NCBI RefSeq assembly: GCF_006345805.1
Contig: NC_043011.1
Coordinates: 47,566,464 to 47,630,463 of the forward strand
DNA from: Octopus sinensis
Taxonomy: Eukaryota
DNA length: 64,000 nt
Direction of reading: 5' to 3'
Positions 41,096-52,789 of this stretch are shown here, piece by piece. The translations under genes were made by a program, and so were the position numbers. Within the stretch, counting starts at the first letter, position 1. Each line of letters starts with the position of its first letter. The notes under the pieces were generated by a model that was not told the DNA's origin, searched no databases, and was given only the letters and a program-made list of their open reading frames with translations.

Positions 41096-41649
41096 AATAT
41101 ACCAAAGCATAAACTACTGAGCCTTAGGGACAACTTAAATATTTCATCTTCAGCAAATCCAGATTCTGTTAAATCTCTGTTGTTAAAAACCATCTCTCAT
41201 CAGTGTTTAAGAAGAGGATCAATATTAATATATTGATATAGTAAACTGTAAAGAAACTAACAGCTTGGAAAATTTCCTAATTAACAATAACTATAACACA
41301 CCCAGAAACAAAGTAAATATATATAACTATTCTATATGCTTTTGCCTTTGTTGAAAGCATGGATGTTGTAAACTTCATGACAATAGATGTTACATAGGTT
41401 ATATTAATTACTACTGCAGTCTCGTGTTGTCTTAGAGTAAAGAGGTATCGCATGTATCTTAAATATAATAGACAAAGAGTATGTAAAGAGTTTCCATGCA
41501 ACACTCTAGGTCCTTTGGTAACTCCTACAGTATTTCCAGCTTTGGGAAAATTTGTATGTGTTGGACAACATTGGGGAAAATACTTGAGGCCAATTATGAT
41601 GTATGCTATGGAGCTACGTGTGTCTAATAACTAAGCACACAAACAGATA

Positions 41650-41695
41650 GATGAAGAGATAGAAAGAGATAGGAGATAGATAGATAGATAGATAC

Positions 41696-41765
<70 letters not shown>

Positions 41766-41782
41766 GGATAGACAGATAATAG

Positions 41783-41825
<43 letters not shown>
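41650..41825. repeat. (GATA)n microsatellite
   Basis: Directly visible. Confidence 0.95.
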
Positions 41826-41827
<2 letters not shown>

Positions 41828-42690
41828 TGAATGTATATACAAATGCAAATACATAGCGACTATCAACTCCCTTGTTCAGAATTAGTCTTATATGCTGATT
41901 GCTTATTTAATGAGTTATGTTTAAAATATGATAAATCATTGTCAACAAACGGGCAGAGTTTTCTGTTTTAGTTTTCTGTTTTACTTTTCTGCTTTAATTT
42001 TTTTAACACACTAAAGGAATAGAAATGGTGTTTCCTCTGTATTAAACACGAAGATAAATTCAAGTTTTAAAAAGAAATCGAGAGTTCTTTAAAACATTTT
42101 ACTTTATAATTTGTTTTCTCTCTTGAGAATATTCTTTGTATTCTCGGAATTTCTCCGCAACAGTTGAAATATGAGATACAAAAAACAAATTCAGGAAATT
42201 ATCTCATGCTAATCAAATGAAGGTTATTATCAACTTCCATTGTGATTTTCGAAAAAAAATCTGCCTATTACGTTTCCCAAATATTTTCAGTACCAGAGGA
42301 AAGATGTAAAAATTCAGAAACAACTAAATACAATAAATCAGGTGTTTTGATGTTTCGAAACAGGATTGCATTATCTTCATTGATTAATCGGAATTAGTCA
42401 GCATGGCCGTATGATTAAGAAGTTTATCCTGAAAACTATGTAGTCTTTGGTAAAAAAAATTCCAGTGCACAGTACTCTGAGCAAATTATTGTCTTCAACT
42501 ATTTCCACAGGCCGGTGCTAACCAACGTCTGTGAAGAAAATTGATAGGTGGAACCTTTCGTGAAAATTCAGCTCCCATGTACTGTCTTGTGTGTGTATGT
42601 GTGTACATTCACAGATGCTCATGTGTGCTTGTGTATGTGTGTGTCTGTGTGTGTGTAAAAGTTTCATTTTCAATTCTCACATGACATCAT

Positions 42691-42916
42691 TTAACCCTTT
42701 CATTACTGTATTTATTTAGAGATGCTCTGTGTTTCTTTCAATTATTTTAGATATAACAAAGAATTTAGTAAAATAACTTAGTTATCATTCAGCTAGTGTT
42801 AGGAATGTAAATTCTGACTAAATTGTGGACGATTTTAATGCAAAACGTTTGAAAACAAGGCATTTGTAGTCAGAACCAGAGCCGCTTTCTGCTGGGTGGG
42901 TAACAAAAAGGGTTAA
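42691..42916. mobile_element. piggyBac-type MITE
   Basis: ttaaccctttcattac ... ggtaacaaaaagggttaa, with TTAA at both ends. Confidence 0.85.
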
Positions 42917-43004
42917 GCAAAATTTTGCAGTGAACATTGTGTCCTCCGAAACTATGATCTCAAAGTAGTGGAATGAAATCTTCCTCACTTGTAAAACAGC
43001 AAAG

Positions 43005-43190
43005 AGTTGGCATTAAGAAGAACATCATCATCATCATCATCATCATCTTGATCATTTAACGCCTATTTTCCATGCTAGTATGGGTTGGACGGTTTGACTA
43101 GGGTCTGGGAAGCCAGGAGGCTGCTCCAGGCTCCAGTCTGGTCTGGCAGTGTTTCTACAGCTGGATGCCCTTCCTAACCCCAACCAACAT
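43005..43190 (-). mobile_element. RTE 3' UTR tail
   Basis: catcatcat...tttaacgcctattttccatgctagtatgggttggacgg...ggatgcccttcctaac. Confidence 0.8.
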
Positions 43191-43463
43191 CTGCCCATAC
43201 ATGACTGCCTCCAACAAGCTTTCATACACTTATGCAGATTAAGAGTATGTGTGTCTGTGGAGCATTCAACCACTTACAAGTTAATTTCATGAGGAAAATG
43301 TTTCGTTGATAGGATCAACTGGAACACTCGTCATTCTATCCGACAGAATCCTAGTTTAGCATAATATAAACTGAGTGAATAAGCTATTTTTCATCAAACA
43401 TGACTAGTCCTGGAATGTTTTGATACCACCTCATAATAGGCATGTTTTACTTTGTGTTATGGA

Positions 43464-43820
43464 TGGAAGCACTCCGTCGGTTACGACGACGAGGGTTCCG
43501 GTTGATCCGATCAATTAACGTGTAAGTGGCTGAGCACTCCACAGACATGTGTACCCTTCACGTAGTTCTCGGGGATATTCAGCGTGAGAGTGACAAGGCC
43601 GGCCCTTTGAAATACAGGTACAACAGAAACAGGAAGTAAGAGTGAGAGAAAGTTGTGGTGAAAGAGTACAGCAGGGATCACCACCATCCCTGCCGGAGCC
43701 TCGTGGAGCCTTTAGGTGTTTTCGCTCAATAAACACTCACAACGCTCAGTCTGGGAATCGAAACCGCGATCCTACGACCGCGAGTCCACTGCCCTAACCA
43801 CTGGGCCATTGCGCCTCCAC
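43464..43820 (-). mobile_element. tRNA-derived SINE family F, full length and little diverged
   Basis: Minus-strand head gtggaggcgcaatggcccagtggttagggcagtggactcgcggtcgtaggatcgcggtttcgattcccag has A and B boxes; CpGs are retained. Confidence 0.85.
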
Positions 43821-44643
43821 ATTTTGTGTTATAATATATCTGTGTATTTCACTAGTATGTATACGATTAGAGCAATCCTTGGATAGACTCAATATGACAC
43901 TTTATGACAAGGTTGAATCCCTTGAATTAGAACAGTCCTGAATTTAACTTGCAAAGCAAAACAGAGTTGAGGCCATGACAGAAGACACTTAACCAAGATA
44001 ATATATTGGAATAGAACGTAAGACTTCATAATTGCAAAAGAAATTTTGTCAACCATCAGGATTGCATCCAGAAGGCTTAATACACAACCAGATTTAACCA
44101 CAGACCACAAGGAAAAGACTAAATGCTAAATTACATGTGGATTTATGTCCTACTGGGTAAGCAATCTTCGCCATTCAGTGTAAGAAAGCAATATAACATT
44201 TTAGTTGATATTTTTAAATATGGAAAGGAGAAATTAAAATAACTTTGATAATTTGAACTTCTTTCTAGCACGTTATGAGCGTTTGGTGTGAATGGTTATG
44301 AAGAGAAGCAGAGAACTGTTATGTAAAGTTAATATTAAGTAGGATATGGATACCAAATTGCAAAGATGGATAATATTATTGGAAATACGGATGCCAGCTT
44401 CCTGAAGAGAAAATTATGGCGCTTCCTTCACATATGTGCGTGTGTGTGAAGTACGTTAACGTATTTAAGTATAAGTATACGTGTATGCAAGCATGTGTAA
44501 TTATGAATTGTCTAGGTTAGTATATTCCATCGTACATCTATCAAGAAGCATGTAGTTACAAATCTCTGTATATACATACATGCAGGTATATAAATGTACA
44601 TAAAAAATGAAAGGCATATTACTACATGCTTCTACCCATTAAG

Positions 44644-44737
<94 letters not shown>

Positions 44738-45401
44738 CTTTTAAAGCTTTACATGCAGGTACAGAGACATACATATTATATATGCACCTGCCTATACTCA
44801 TGTACCTACACACACATACAAACATATATAAGCATATACATGTGTATGTGTGTAACTATACGTATATGTAAGACTTGCCTGTGTATTTCTCCACTTGTTT
44901 TATATTTTACCATGATAATAATTTTAAAAAAACACGCAGTGTGTTACTTATTTTTTCTTTTACTTCTTTATTATATATATATATATATATATACAAGCCA
45001 TGGTATTGAGATAAGAATATGTAAGTAGATTATTGCCATTTTCACAAGAATGATAATGGACAGGAAACAGATTAGAGATTAGCTAGAAGGCAAATGAAAA
45101 TCCAATGTGAAAATTTGCCATGAGCTGTGTAAAAGAGAGATAACTGCAGATAAGTATAAAACAGAGAGAAGGGACAAATGCAATAGTTGTATTCGCAAGA
45201 ACATAGTTTGTGTAATACAGCAGAAAGTGGAACAACAATTTGTTGGTGATTCTTCCTGGAAATCGAAAATTTCAATATATTGTTTTAACTTGGCACCATC
45301 TTCTTAAAGCTGTTTCTGGTTCTGTTTCTGATTTATCCTATTTGCATAATTTTGCATATATCCATGTATATGAGATGGCTATCCACTCATGACTGAGGAA
45401 T

Positions 45402-46155
45402 ACCTGTTTCTTTACTACCCACAAGAGAGGACAAACAAGGACAGACAAACGGATTAAGTCGATTAGATCTACCCCAGTGGGTAACTGGTACTTAATTTAT
45501 CGACCCCGAAAGGATGAAAGGCAAAGTCGACCTCGGCGGAATTTGAACTCAGAACGTAGCGCGACGAAATACCTATTTCTTTACTACCACAAGGGGCTAA
45601 ACAGAGGAGGACAAACAAGGACAGACAAACGGATTAAGTCGATTAGATCTACCCCAGTGGGTAACTGGTACTTAATTTATCGACCCCGAAAGGATGAAAG
45701 GCAAAGTCGACCTCGGCGGAATTTGAACTCAGAACGTAGCGGCAGACGAAATACCTATTTCTTTACTACCCACAAGGGGCTAAACACAGAGAGGACAAAC
45801 AAGGACAGACAAACGGATTAAGTCGATTATATCGACCCCAGTGCGTAACTGGTACTTAATTTATCGACCCCCGAAAGGATGAAAGGCAAAGTCGACCTCG
45901 GCGGAATTTGAACTCAGAACGTAGCGGCAGACGAAATACCTATTTCTTTACTACCCACAAGGGGCTAAACACAGAGAGGACAGACAAACGGATTAAGTCG
46001 ATTATATCGACCCTAGTGCATAACTGGTACTTAATTTATCGACCCCGAAAGGATGAAAGGCAAAGTTGACATCGGTGGAATTTGAACTCAGAACGTAGCA
46101 ACAGATGAAATATAACTATGGATTTCGCCCGGTATGCTAACGTTTCTGCCAGCTC
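45402..46155 (-). mobile_element. Head-to-tail tetramer of SINE family A
   Basis: The junction gacgaaatacctatttctttactac is repeated; only the rightmost copy carries the head. Confidence 0.9.
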
Positions 46156-46359
46156 ACTGCCTTCTATTAGAAATGCTGTGCAGTCAAACAAATTTACATT
46201 TTACAATTGTGGATCACACTTGTGAATAACGAGCCCAGCTGTAGCTAAACATACATGTCTGCAGATATTGCAGGCCATGCTTCCTCCATTTGTTGCACAG
46301 GTGGTGTATTTTTGAGCAGCTCAAATTAATTCTGCATGAAAAATGTATCTTTGTTTTTG

Positions 46360-46500
46360 CTTACGAATCACATAGTTCCGGGCTCAGTCCCACTGTGTGG
46401 CACCTTGGGCAAGTGTCTTCTACTATAGTCTCAGGCCAACCAAAGCCTTGTGAGTGGATTTGGTAGACGGAAACTGAAAGAAGCTTGTTGTATATATGTG

Positions 46501-46531
<31 letters not shown>

Positions 46532-46738
46532 ATGGTTGTGTGTCAGTGTTTGTCCCCCCAACATCGCTTGACAACTGATGCTGGTGTGTATAAGTCCCCG
46601 TAACTTAGCAGTTTGGCAAAAGAGACCGATAGAATAAGTACTAGGCTTACAAAGAATAAGTCCTGGGGTCAATTTACTCGACTAAAGGTGGTGTTCCAGC
46701 ATGGCCACAGTCAAATGACTGAAACCAGTAAAAGAGTA
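46360..46738 (+). mobile_element. CORE-like SINE (family C)
   Basis: Near-complete copy carrying the private variant gtgtataagtccccg. Confidence 0.9.
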
Positions 46739-46876
46739 ATCCTTACTTGTATCTTTTAGTGCTTTACTGTTTTTTTTTTTAAACCCAAGAGGTCTTCCTA
46801 AGCACAGAACTACTGATAATAATATCCACATTAACACACTTTCTTGCATATACACACAGACATATATAGCAAGAAA

Positions 46877-47271
46877 TCTTTATATATAAAAGTGAGGTTG
46901 TGTGTCTGTCTCCTAGGATTTAGATTCCTAACTAGTCCCACATTTTGCAGTGCAGTTTAACCAAAACCGGGTATCTTATAGTCGTGATTCATATCGAGCC
47001 CTTCTGGATATTAGTGCACGTCTACGATGAGTCTAGGATTTAAAAAAAATTTACCATCAATTTTTCCCATTTTTAATGCATTTTTGGCATATATAAGGGA
47101 AGTAACTCTCTAAAAATTTATTATTAAATCTCAGAACGTAAAAAGCTACAGTAACACACCCCCCCCTTTGTGGTTAGCCATATTCAGATGGCTATTATAC
47201 TTTACATCTCTAAAAATGCTTATATAGTTATTTCCCTTACAAACCTGAGCAATGCTGAGCGATACTGCTAG
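46877..47271 (+). mobile_element. Non-autonomous Helitron-like element
   Basis: A|TCtttatatataaaagtgag 5' end; 3' end aacctgagcaatgctgagcgatactgCTAG|T with a degenerate subterminal hairpin; inserted between A and T with no TSD. Confidence 0.65.
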
Positions 47272-47344
47272 TTATAAAATAAATTAAAATATCATTTTAC
47301 ATAATGCAAACATTATCTGATATAGGATTCAATATGTTGGATAG

Positions 47345-47519
47345 ATTAAAGGTGGCAAGCTGACAGAGTTGTTAGTATGCTGAACAAAATGTTTAGCCAC
47401 ATTTCGTCCATCATTCCATTCCGAGTTCAAAATAAGCCAAGGTTGATTTCTTTTTACATTCTTTCTGGGTCGATAAGAGTAACCCTTGGATAGACGGAAA
47501 CTGAAAGAAGCCTGTCGTA

Positions 47520-47578
<59 letters not shown>

Positions 47579-47595
47579 ATATATATATATATGTG

Positions 47596-47626
<31 letters not shown>

Positions 47627-47835
47627 ATATGGTTGTGTGTCTGTGTTTGTCTCCCCAACATCGCTTGACAACTGATGCTGGTGTGTATAAGTCCCCGTAA
47701 CTTAGCAGTTCGGCAAAAGAGACCGATAGAATAAGTACTAGGCTTACAAAGAATAAGTCCTGAGTTACAGTTGAGTACTGGGGTTGATGTAATCAACTAC
47801 TCCCTCCCGTGAAATTGCTGGCCTTAGCCAAAATT
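47345..47835 (+). mobile_element. SINE family B split by a family C internal fragment (47487-47765)
   Basis: Family B body runs to gggtcgataagagtaac and resumes at ttacagttgagtactgggg. Confidence 0.75.
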
Positions 47836-47959
47836 TGAAATCAATATAATATTTTTTTTTTGTTTCCTAACAGAGAATGTTATATTCAGAATGAAAAATA
47901 TACCTTATGCCATGTGGAATCTCACTAGCACTGTTGTAACTGAAATTAATCCCAACACC

Positions 47960-48390
47960 ACTTTTACTCTTTTACTTGTTTCAGTCATTTGACTATGGCC
48001 ATGCTGGAGCACCGCCTTTAGTCGAACAAATTGACCCCACGACTTATTTTTTTGTTAGCCTATATACTTATTCTATCAGTCTCTTTTGCCGAACCACTTA
48101 TTTACGGGGACGTAAAGATACCAGCATCGGTTGTCAGGCGATGCTGTGGGGGGAGGGGGGGGACAAACACAGACACACAAACATATACACAGACATATGT
48201 ATGTATGTATGTGTATATATATATATATATAACAGGCTTCTTTCAGTTTCCATCTACCAAATCCACTCACAAGGCTTTAGTTGGCCTGAGGCTATAGAAG
48301 ACACTTGCCCAAGGTGCACAGCAGTGGGACTGAACCCAGAACCATGTGGTTGGTAAGCAAGCTACATAGCACACAGCCACTCCTACGCCT
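47960..48390 (-). mobile_element. CORE-like SINE (family C), full length
   Basis: Complete family C sequence on the minus strand. Confidence 0.9.
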
Positions 48391-48539
48391 ATAAAACAGA
48401 ACTGATAAAACAAAACTACAGCACCAGTAAGCTATTTAAGAAGTTTTATGTACCCTTCCTATTTCACTTGGACTAAACATCTAAACTAAGATCTACTTTG
48501 GTGCTGCGAAAAAAATAGTGATGACCCTTCAATTGGATA

Positions 48540-48768
48540 TATGAGGAGAAGCAGGAAAGTTCCTGGCTTTCGGGGTTGACACGAAAGGCCCAGTTGAAGG
48601 CCCAACCTTCTGAGTTCTTTTACAGTGCTTAGAAAAACTGAAGAGCTGCTCCAGTAAGTATGTGAATCTGTGAAGGGGGGGAACATGTTGAATAAAATCA
48701 TAATTAACTGATCCTCCTCCTGTATTTTCTCAAACTGAAAGCCAGGTACTTTTTAGCCCTTCCTTGTA
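48540..48768. mobile_element. Mariner-type MITE
   Basis: tatgaggag..gaaagttcctggcttt and aaagccaggtactttttagcccttccttgta termini; interior matches 62113-62332. Confidence 0.78.
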
Positions 48769-49322
48769 TGAAGCAGCTAAATAAAAGAATACTGGGACGA
48801 AGCTCAACCCAACTTCAGTTTGAGAACGAAAAGAATCCTTACACACGAAACATGCATGCACACAGATATGTTCTTGTGAAATTACTGTTAAAGACTTTTT
48901 CTGCAGACAAATTTGGAAAAAAACCGACTCCAATGATATTTGAGCATTTACATCAATAATAATTTTTCCATATTCTAGAGACGAGTTGTATTTAACTGCA
49001 CAGAATTTTTCTTCTTTCATACATATTTCTGCTATTTATTTTTTTTTCTCCTTCTTTTATCATATGCTCAAGTGTTTTTTATTGAACATTTTAATTGCAT
49101 ATATTCTGTTATTCAGTGTACTTTTACATAACTTTCCTCGTTGTTTACTGTCTAACAGCCACTGTGATCGGCTTGTATTTGAAAGAATAAATTGACCGTC
49201 TTCATCTGTATCAAATGCATTGAATACTTTTCCTTTGATTTGCAGACACCTTGATTAAGTATATGATCAAGTATACCTGTAGTCTCATTTCTGCGCATAT
49301 GTACGTATGCATACATACATAC

Positions 49323-49387
<65 letters not shown>

Positions 49388-49388
49388 C

Positions 49389-49426
<38 letters not shown>

Positions 49427-49572
49427 GTATATATATGATGTGTGTGTATGTATGTATCCATACATACATATATATGATGTTTGTGTATGTATGTATATAT
49501 ATGATGTATGTGTATGTATGTATTCATATATATATATGTGTGTATGTATTTATGCATATATGTATGTATATA

Positions 49573-49612
<40 letters not shown>

Positions 49613-49723
49613 AAAAGCAATAAAGATTCAAGTTAATTTAATGAATTTACTTGAATATGGTACCTAACTTAGATGCACCAAAAAAAACTATACTGTTTTA
49701 ACAATACAGTAATGTGGGGTGAT

Positions 49724-50150
49724 TATAAGCGAGAAAGAAGCAACAAGAATGGATAGGTTTTTAGTACAATCGTTTCATACAAGGACAGGCTTTATTAAAA
49801 GTTGCAAAAATTACAGCATATAAACGTGTCCCGTACTCATCAGCTAAAATACATGTGAGTTCTCTAGACATCCTAGTGGTTGAGGCTATACTCATGAAGT
49901 GATGTAGATAATTAAGTAACATAAACAGATTTCCAAAGTTCATTTGGAAATCTGTTTATGTTACTTAATTATCTACATCACTTCATGAGTATAGCCTCAA
50001 CCACTAGGATGTCTAGAGAACTCACATGTATTTTAGCTGATGAGTACGGGACACGTTTATATGCTGTAATTTTTGCAACTTTTAATAAAGCCTGTCCTTG
50101 TATGAAACGATTGTACTAAAAACCTATCCATTCTTGTTGCTTCTTTCTCG

Positions 50151-50156
<6 letters not shown>
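49724..50156. repeat. Perfect inverted repeat: 214-bp arms with a 5-nt loop
   Basis: 49724-49937 is the exact reverse complement of 49943-50156 by manual comparison; the loop is gttca (49938-49942). Confidence 0.97.
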
Positions 50157-50195
<39 letters not shown>

Positions 50196-50658
50196 TGATG
50201 CATCCTGTTGAGTACTTTTCTTATGACTAAGTCATATTCCTGTACAAAGATCACACACCATTGTATGTATTACACAATGTCACTGCAGTATTTAAAAGCC
50301 ACTTGACCAATGTGTCGAGCAATTTGAATTATTGAGTAGTTCATTAAGAGGGAAATCATTAATACTTTCCTCGTTTCCTTTTTCACATTAGTTTCATTCT
50401 GTCGGTTCAGACAAAACTAATACCGTCTTCTATCTTATATATCCTAAAATGTGTGCTAACCTCAAGTATTACAGATGTTTCTTTCCTTCACCAAAAAATA
50501 TGTGAAACCTACAAAATATTATGAATGAGTGAAGCTAGCATCATTGTGGCTCAGAAGGATGCTTTGCAGCCAAGTGTTTCAGGTTTGATCCCACTCCTTT
50601 ATATTTTAGGTGTCTTCTATAATAGATTCGAGCTTTCCAATACCTTCTAAGTGAAATA

Positions 50659-50922
50659 GTGGAGGCGCGTGGCTTAGAGGTTAGGGTGTTAGCATCATGA
50701 TCGTAAGATTGTGGTTTTGGTTCCTGGACCGGGTGATGCATTTTGTTCTTGAGTAAAACGCTTCATTTCACGTTGCTCCAGTCCACTCAGCTGGCAAAAA
50801 TGAGTAACACTGCGATGGACTGGCGTCCCGTCCAGCTGGGGAACACATATGCCATAGAAACCAGGAAACTGGGCCCATGAGCCTAGCTAGGCTTTAAAAA
50901 GGGCACATTTATTTATTCTATG
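50659..50922 (+). mobile_element. Meta/V-domain-like SINE (family E)
   Basis: tRNA head gtggaggcgcgtggcttagaggttaggg, ttcttgagtaaaacgcttcatttcacgttgctccag (Meta-like), cactgcgatggactggcgtcccgtccag (V-like); TSD taagtgaaata at 50648-50658 and 50923-50933. Confidence 0.9.
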
Positions 50923-50931
50923 TAAGTGAAA

Positions 50932-51420
50932 TACGAGGTGGTATCAAAACAGTTACCAGACTAGTTCTTTAGTGCACCAGTAGATGACAGCACACAGTTG
51001 CATGAGCAGTGAGAGATAGCAGTGACCTTCATGGGGCAGAGTGCTGATTGACATTGCTAGGTTTACTTCGCAATTTGGGAAATTTGTGTTTTTGTGATTA
51101 TGTGTAAGCTGTAGTCTGTGATTTTTGTCCTTAACAGGGAACTGAAACAAAGAGCCAACATCAAGATTTTTATTGAACTTTGGAAGTCTGTTACAGAGAG
51201 GTCGAGAATGCTTCAGCAAGCTTACGGCAACAAAGCAATGGGTTGCACACTATGTTTTAAGTGGCACAGGCACTTAAAAAAACTGAAGATGATGAGTGAT
51301 CTGGAAGATCTGCCATGAGTGTCACTCCTAGAAATGTGGAGAAAATTCAACATCTCATGTATGAGAAGCATTAGGGGACAATCAACAAGGTTTTGAAGCA
51401 TTTGAAAGAAGACATACGGT
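50932..51420 (+). mobile_element. Mariner transposon 5' fragment (TIR plus HTH N-terminus, pseudogenised)
   Basis: TA|cgaggtggtatcaaaa TIR; ELKQRANIKIFIELWKSVTERSRMLQQAYGNKAMGCTLCFKWHRH resembles mariner EQRANIKF..LGKS.TE...MLQQAYG. Confidence 0.88.
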
Positions 51421-51431
51421 GAAAGTATGCT

Positions 51432-51620
51432 GTCCAAGGGAAAGACAAAAGCTGATACAATTTGGTACCAGTGACTTTGCCACTCATTTCCATATCTAAG
51501 TGGACTGGAGCAGTGTGAAATAAAGTGTCTTACTCAAGGATACAACACACAGCCTGGTCCAGGAATCAAACTCACTACCTCATGATTGTCAGCTCAATGT
51601 TCTAACCACTGAGCCATGCA
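51432..51620 (-). mobile_element. SINE family D partial copy
   Basis: Aligns with 6240-6430. Confidence 0.75.
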
Positions 51621-51711
51621 CCTACAAGAGAGTACATATATACACACATATATAATTACATACATACACACATACGTCATATATATGCATAATAAATAAA
51701 AACAAAATACG

Positions 51712-51944
51712 CCTAGCCAGGCTCATGGACCCGGTTTCCCAGTTTCAATGGTGTATGTGTTCCCCAGCTGGTTGGGATGCCAGTCCATCGCAGCGTTACT
51801 CTTTTTTGCCAGCTGAGTGAACTGGAGCAACGTGAAATGAAGTGTTTTGCTCAAGAACACTACACATCACCCGATCCAGGAATTGAAACCACAATCTTAT
51901 GGTCATAATGCTGACACCCTAACCACTAAGCCATGCGCTTCCAC
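51712..51944 (-). mobile_element. SINE family E
   Basis: Reverse complement of 50659-50900. Confidence 0.88.
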
Positions 51945-52531
51945 ATATATATGCATACCTATGTATTATTGTTTATGAAATGATATAACTTTACATTGTG
52001 AATGCTATTTTGTAGATATGCATGTGGAGAGGTGTAGAGTATACACATACATACACACACACACACACACACAGCCATCAATCTATCTATATCGTCGTCA
52101 GGTGTCTCCATACGTATGTGGCTCATTATTTACAGCATCTACATCTACAGTGACAAGATATCTCAAGGTTAAAACAAGAAATGGTAGCGTCATTTGACAG
52201 ATTCATATCTAACATTCCTTGGACAATTATCTCATTACTGCAGGCAGAGATTAAATTGAAAATTAAAGCTGTCAACTCACACTTACGGTTTAAAGAAGCA
52301 TTATGCCTAGCTGCTGGATGGGGGTTTTAAAATATGGTATTTAAACAAATTGTTTGGTAAATAACTGTATTGGAAGTAAGCAACAGGCATTAGTATTGCT
52401 ATCACACATTTACAGAACCATAGGTACATTGTATGTATGTAAGTATGTGTATAACTGTTCCTTCTGAACGACAAATTCTTTACTTTGTAGCTATGCAAGA
52501 AACATGCCCCCTCCACCACCACCACCACCAC

Positions 52532-52532
<1 letters not shown>

Positions 52533-52572
<40 letters not shown>

Positions 52573-52789
52573 TATTATTATTATTGTTATTATTATTCAG
52601 TAGTTTTATTTTTATAGCGTGCTTTCACTTCACTACCGAGCGCAGCTCTGTGTGCCTTGGGTATGTGCTGTGATTTGTTGTGATGCTCTGATGGTTATTG
52701 TATGGAAAGTGTTCTGCGTAGGATGTGTGCAGTGCCTAGTAGTGCAATTTTCTGTATGTTATATGTGTTTGTAAGTCCTGGTGTTTTTG
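52533..52789 (-). mobile_element. 3' end of an RLE-type (R4/Dong-like) non-LTR element with (TAA)n tail
   Basis: KTPGLTNTYNIQKIALLGTAHILRRTLSIQ* followed by a short UTR and (taa)n. Confidence 0.8.

Noticed and set aside
43740-43820. tRNA gene
   Set aside because: The tRNA-like A/B-box region lacks a proper acceptor stem and continues into a SINE body; it is a SINE head, as are those at 6370-6430 and 50659-50730.
45107-45307. Cys-containing 66-aa ORF
   Set aside because: No recognisable domain spacing or splice support; within chance expectation.
45540-45620. Small indels between array units as biological variants
   Set aside because: The 1-3 bp losses (gcgcgacg, accacaagg) look like long-read consensus errors and cannot be separated from real mutation without reads.
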